From NCBI GenBank assembly GCA_963739455.1, contig CAVUAK010000001.1, forward strand, positions 1,440,001 through 1,504,000: DNA of 64,000 bases, in the 5' to 3' direction. Both the position numbers and the translations under genes were made by a program. The notes beneath the pieces were generated by a model that saw only the letters and a list, made by a program, of their open reading frames with translations, had not been told where the DNA came from and did no database searches. Shown in pieces: positions 63,475 to 64,000 of the stretch (within the stretch, counting starts at the first letter, position 1; the number at the start of each line of letters is the position of its first letter). The stretch is from an uncultured Gemmatimonadales bacterium (GTDB taxonomy: Bacteria > Gemmatimonadota > Gemmatimonadetes > Gemmatimonadales > GWC2-71-9).

Positions 63475-64000
63475 ATCGAGCGCAGAATGCGCTCGACCTG
63501 CCGGCGATGGACAAGGTCATGTCCTGCCGCCAGCCGCAGGTACAAACCCGCACTCTCCGGCCCCCGCTCACTGTGATGCCCCACCCGCGCCAGCTGCGCC
63601 GGCGTGAACGCACTCCAGAGCCGCAGGTTCGCCTCCCGCATCGCAGTGAGCATCGCGAGTGTCGTCTTCAGGTCGGCATGGGCATACCCGAACGCAAGCG
63701 CCCATCCATCCTGGTCGTAACCGACGATCGCCGGCTCCCGTTCTGCCACGATCATTCGCGTCCGGTGCCCATGCACCAGCTCCGCGTCGTTGAGGTGCGC
63801 CACGACCTCCATCACCGACCACTTGTGCGGTGCTTCCGGCTTTCGGAGCCGCGCGTCGTCCAGGTTCTTGAGCTTGAGCCGGAGCCACTCCGGTAGCTCC
63901 GCCAGGACCTCGAGCGGATCCCGCTGCCCGATGAGTGCGATCACCGCCTCGCGATACGCATTCGCGTTGCCGACCGCCGCACCGGCCGGATTCGAGAATG
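63468..64000 (-). CDS. DinB family protein, start beyond window edge
   Basis: 'KWSVMEVVAHL.D.E', 'YDQD.W', 'HSERG', 'AGHDLVH'. Confidence 0.88.

Overview
High-GC bacterial chromosomal segment. Gene order and content suggest Gemmatimonadota (inference, not verified). It holds about 55 CDSs: an Ig-repeat surface protein, a VWA/AAA+ ATPase pair split by an MFS + cytidylate-kinase-like insert, ygfZ, glcDEF, a sigma-70 factor, aroB, a PduO-type adenosyltransferase, an FprA-type reductase, dacB, peptide ABC genes, a tamA-tamB-DAG kinase-response regulator-NlpC/P60-acpS run, a cytochrome c/FTR1 iron permease, a multicopper oxidase, peptidases, and an intact tgt-yajC-def-fmt-thiE-thiS-GNAT-thiG-rsmB-PASTA-rpe-tlpA-tsaD-lgt operon. 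Many genes carry 1-nt frameshifts that look like long-read consensus errors. No rRNA, complete tRNA, CRISPR array, integrase or transposase was found. The most notable non-gene signals are: (1) several families of 7-9 bp and 21 bp tandem repeats whose strand orientation flips at about 37-49 kb along with codon/GC skew (possible replication terminus); (2) five genes with a TANNNT -10 box 5-6 nt before the ATG (leaderless), four of them next to those repeat arrays; (3) a DnaA-box cluster upstream of the sigma factor promoter; (4) a Fur-like box on FTR1 near a multicopper oxidase with permuted copper motifs.
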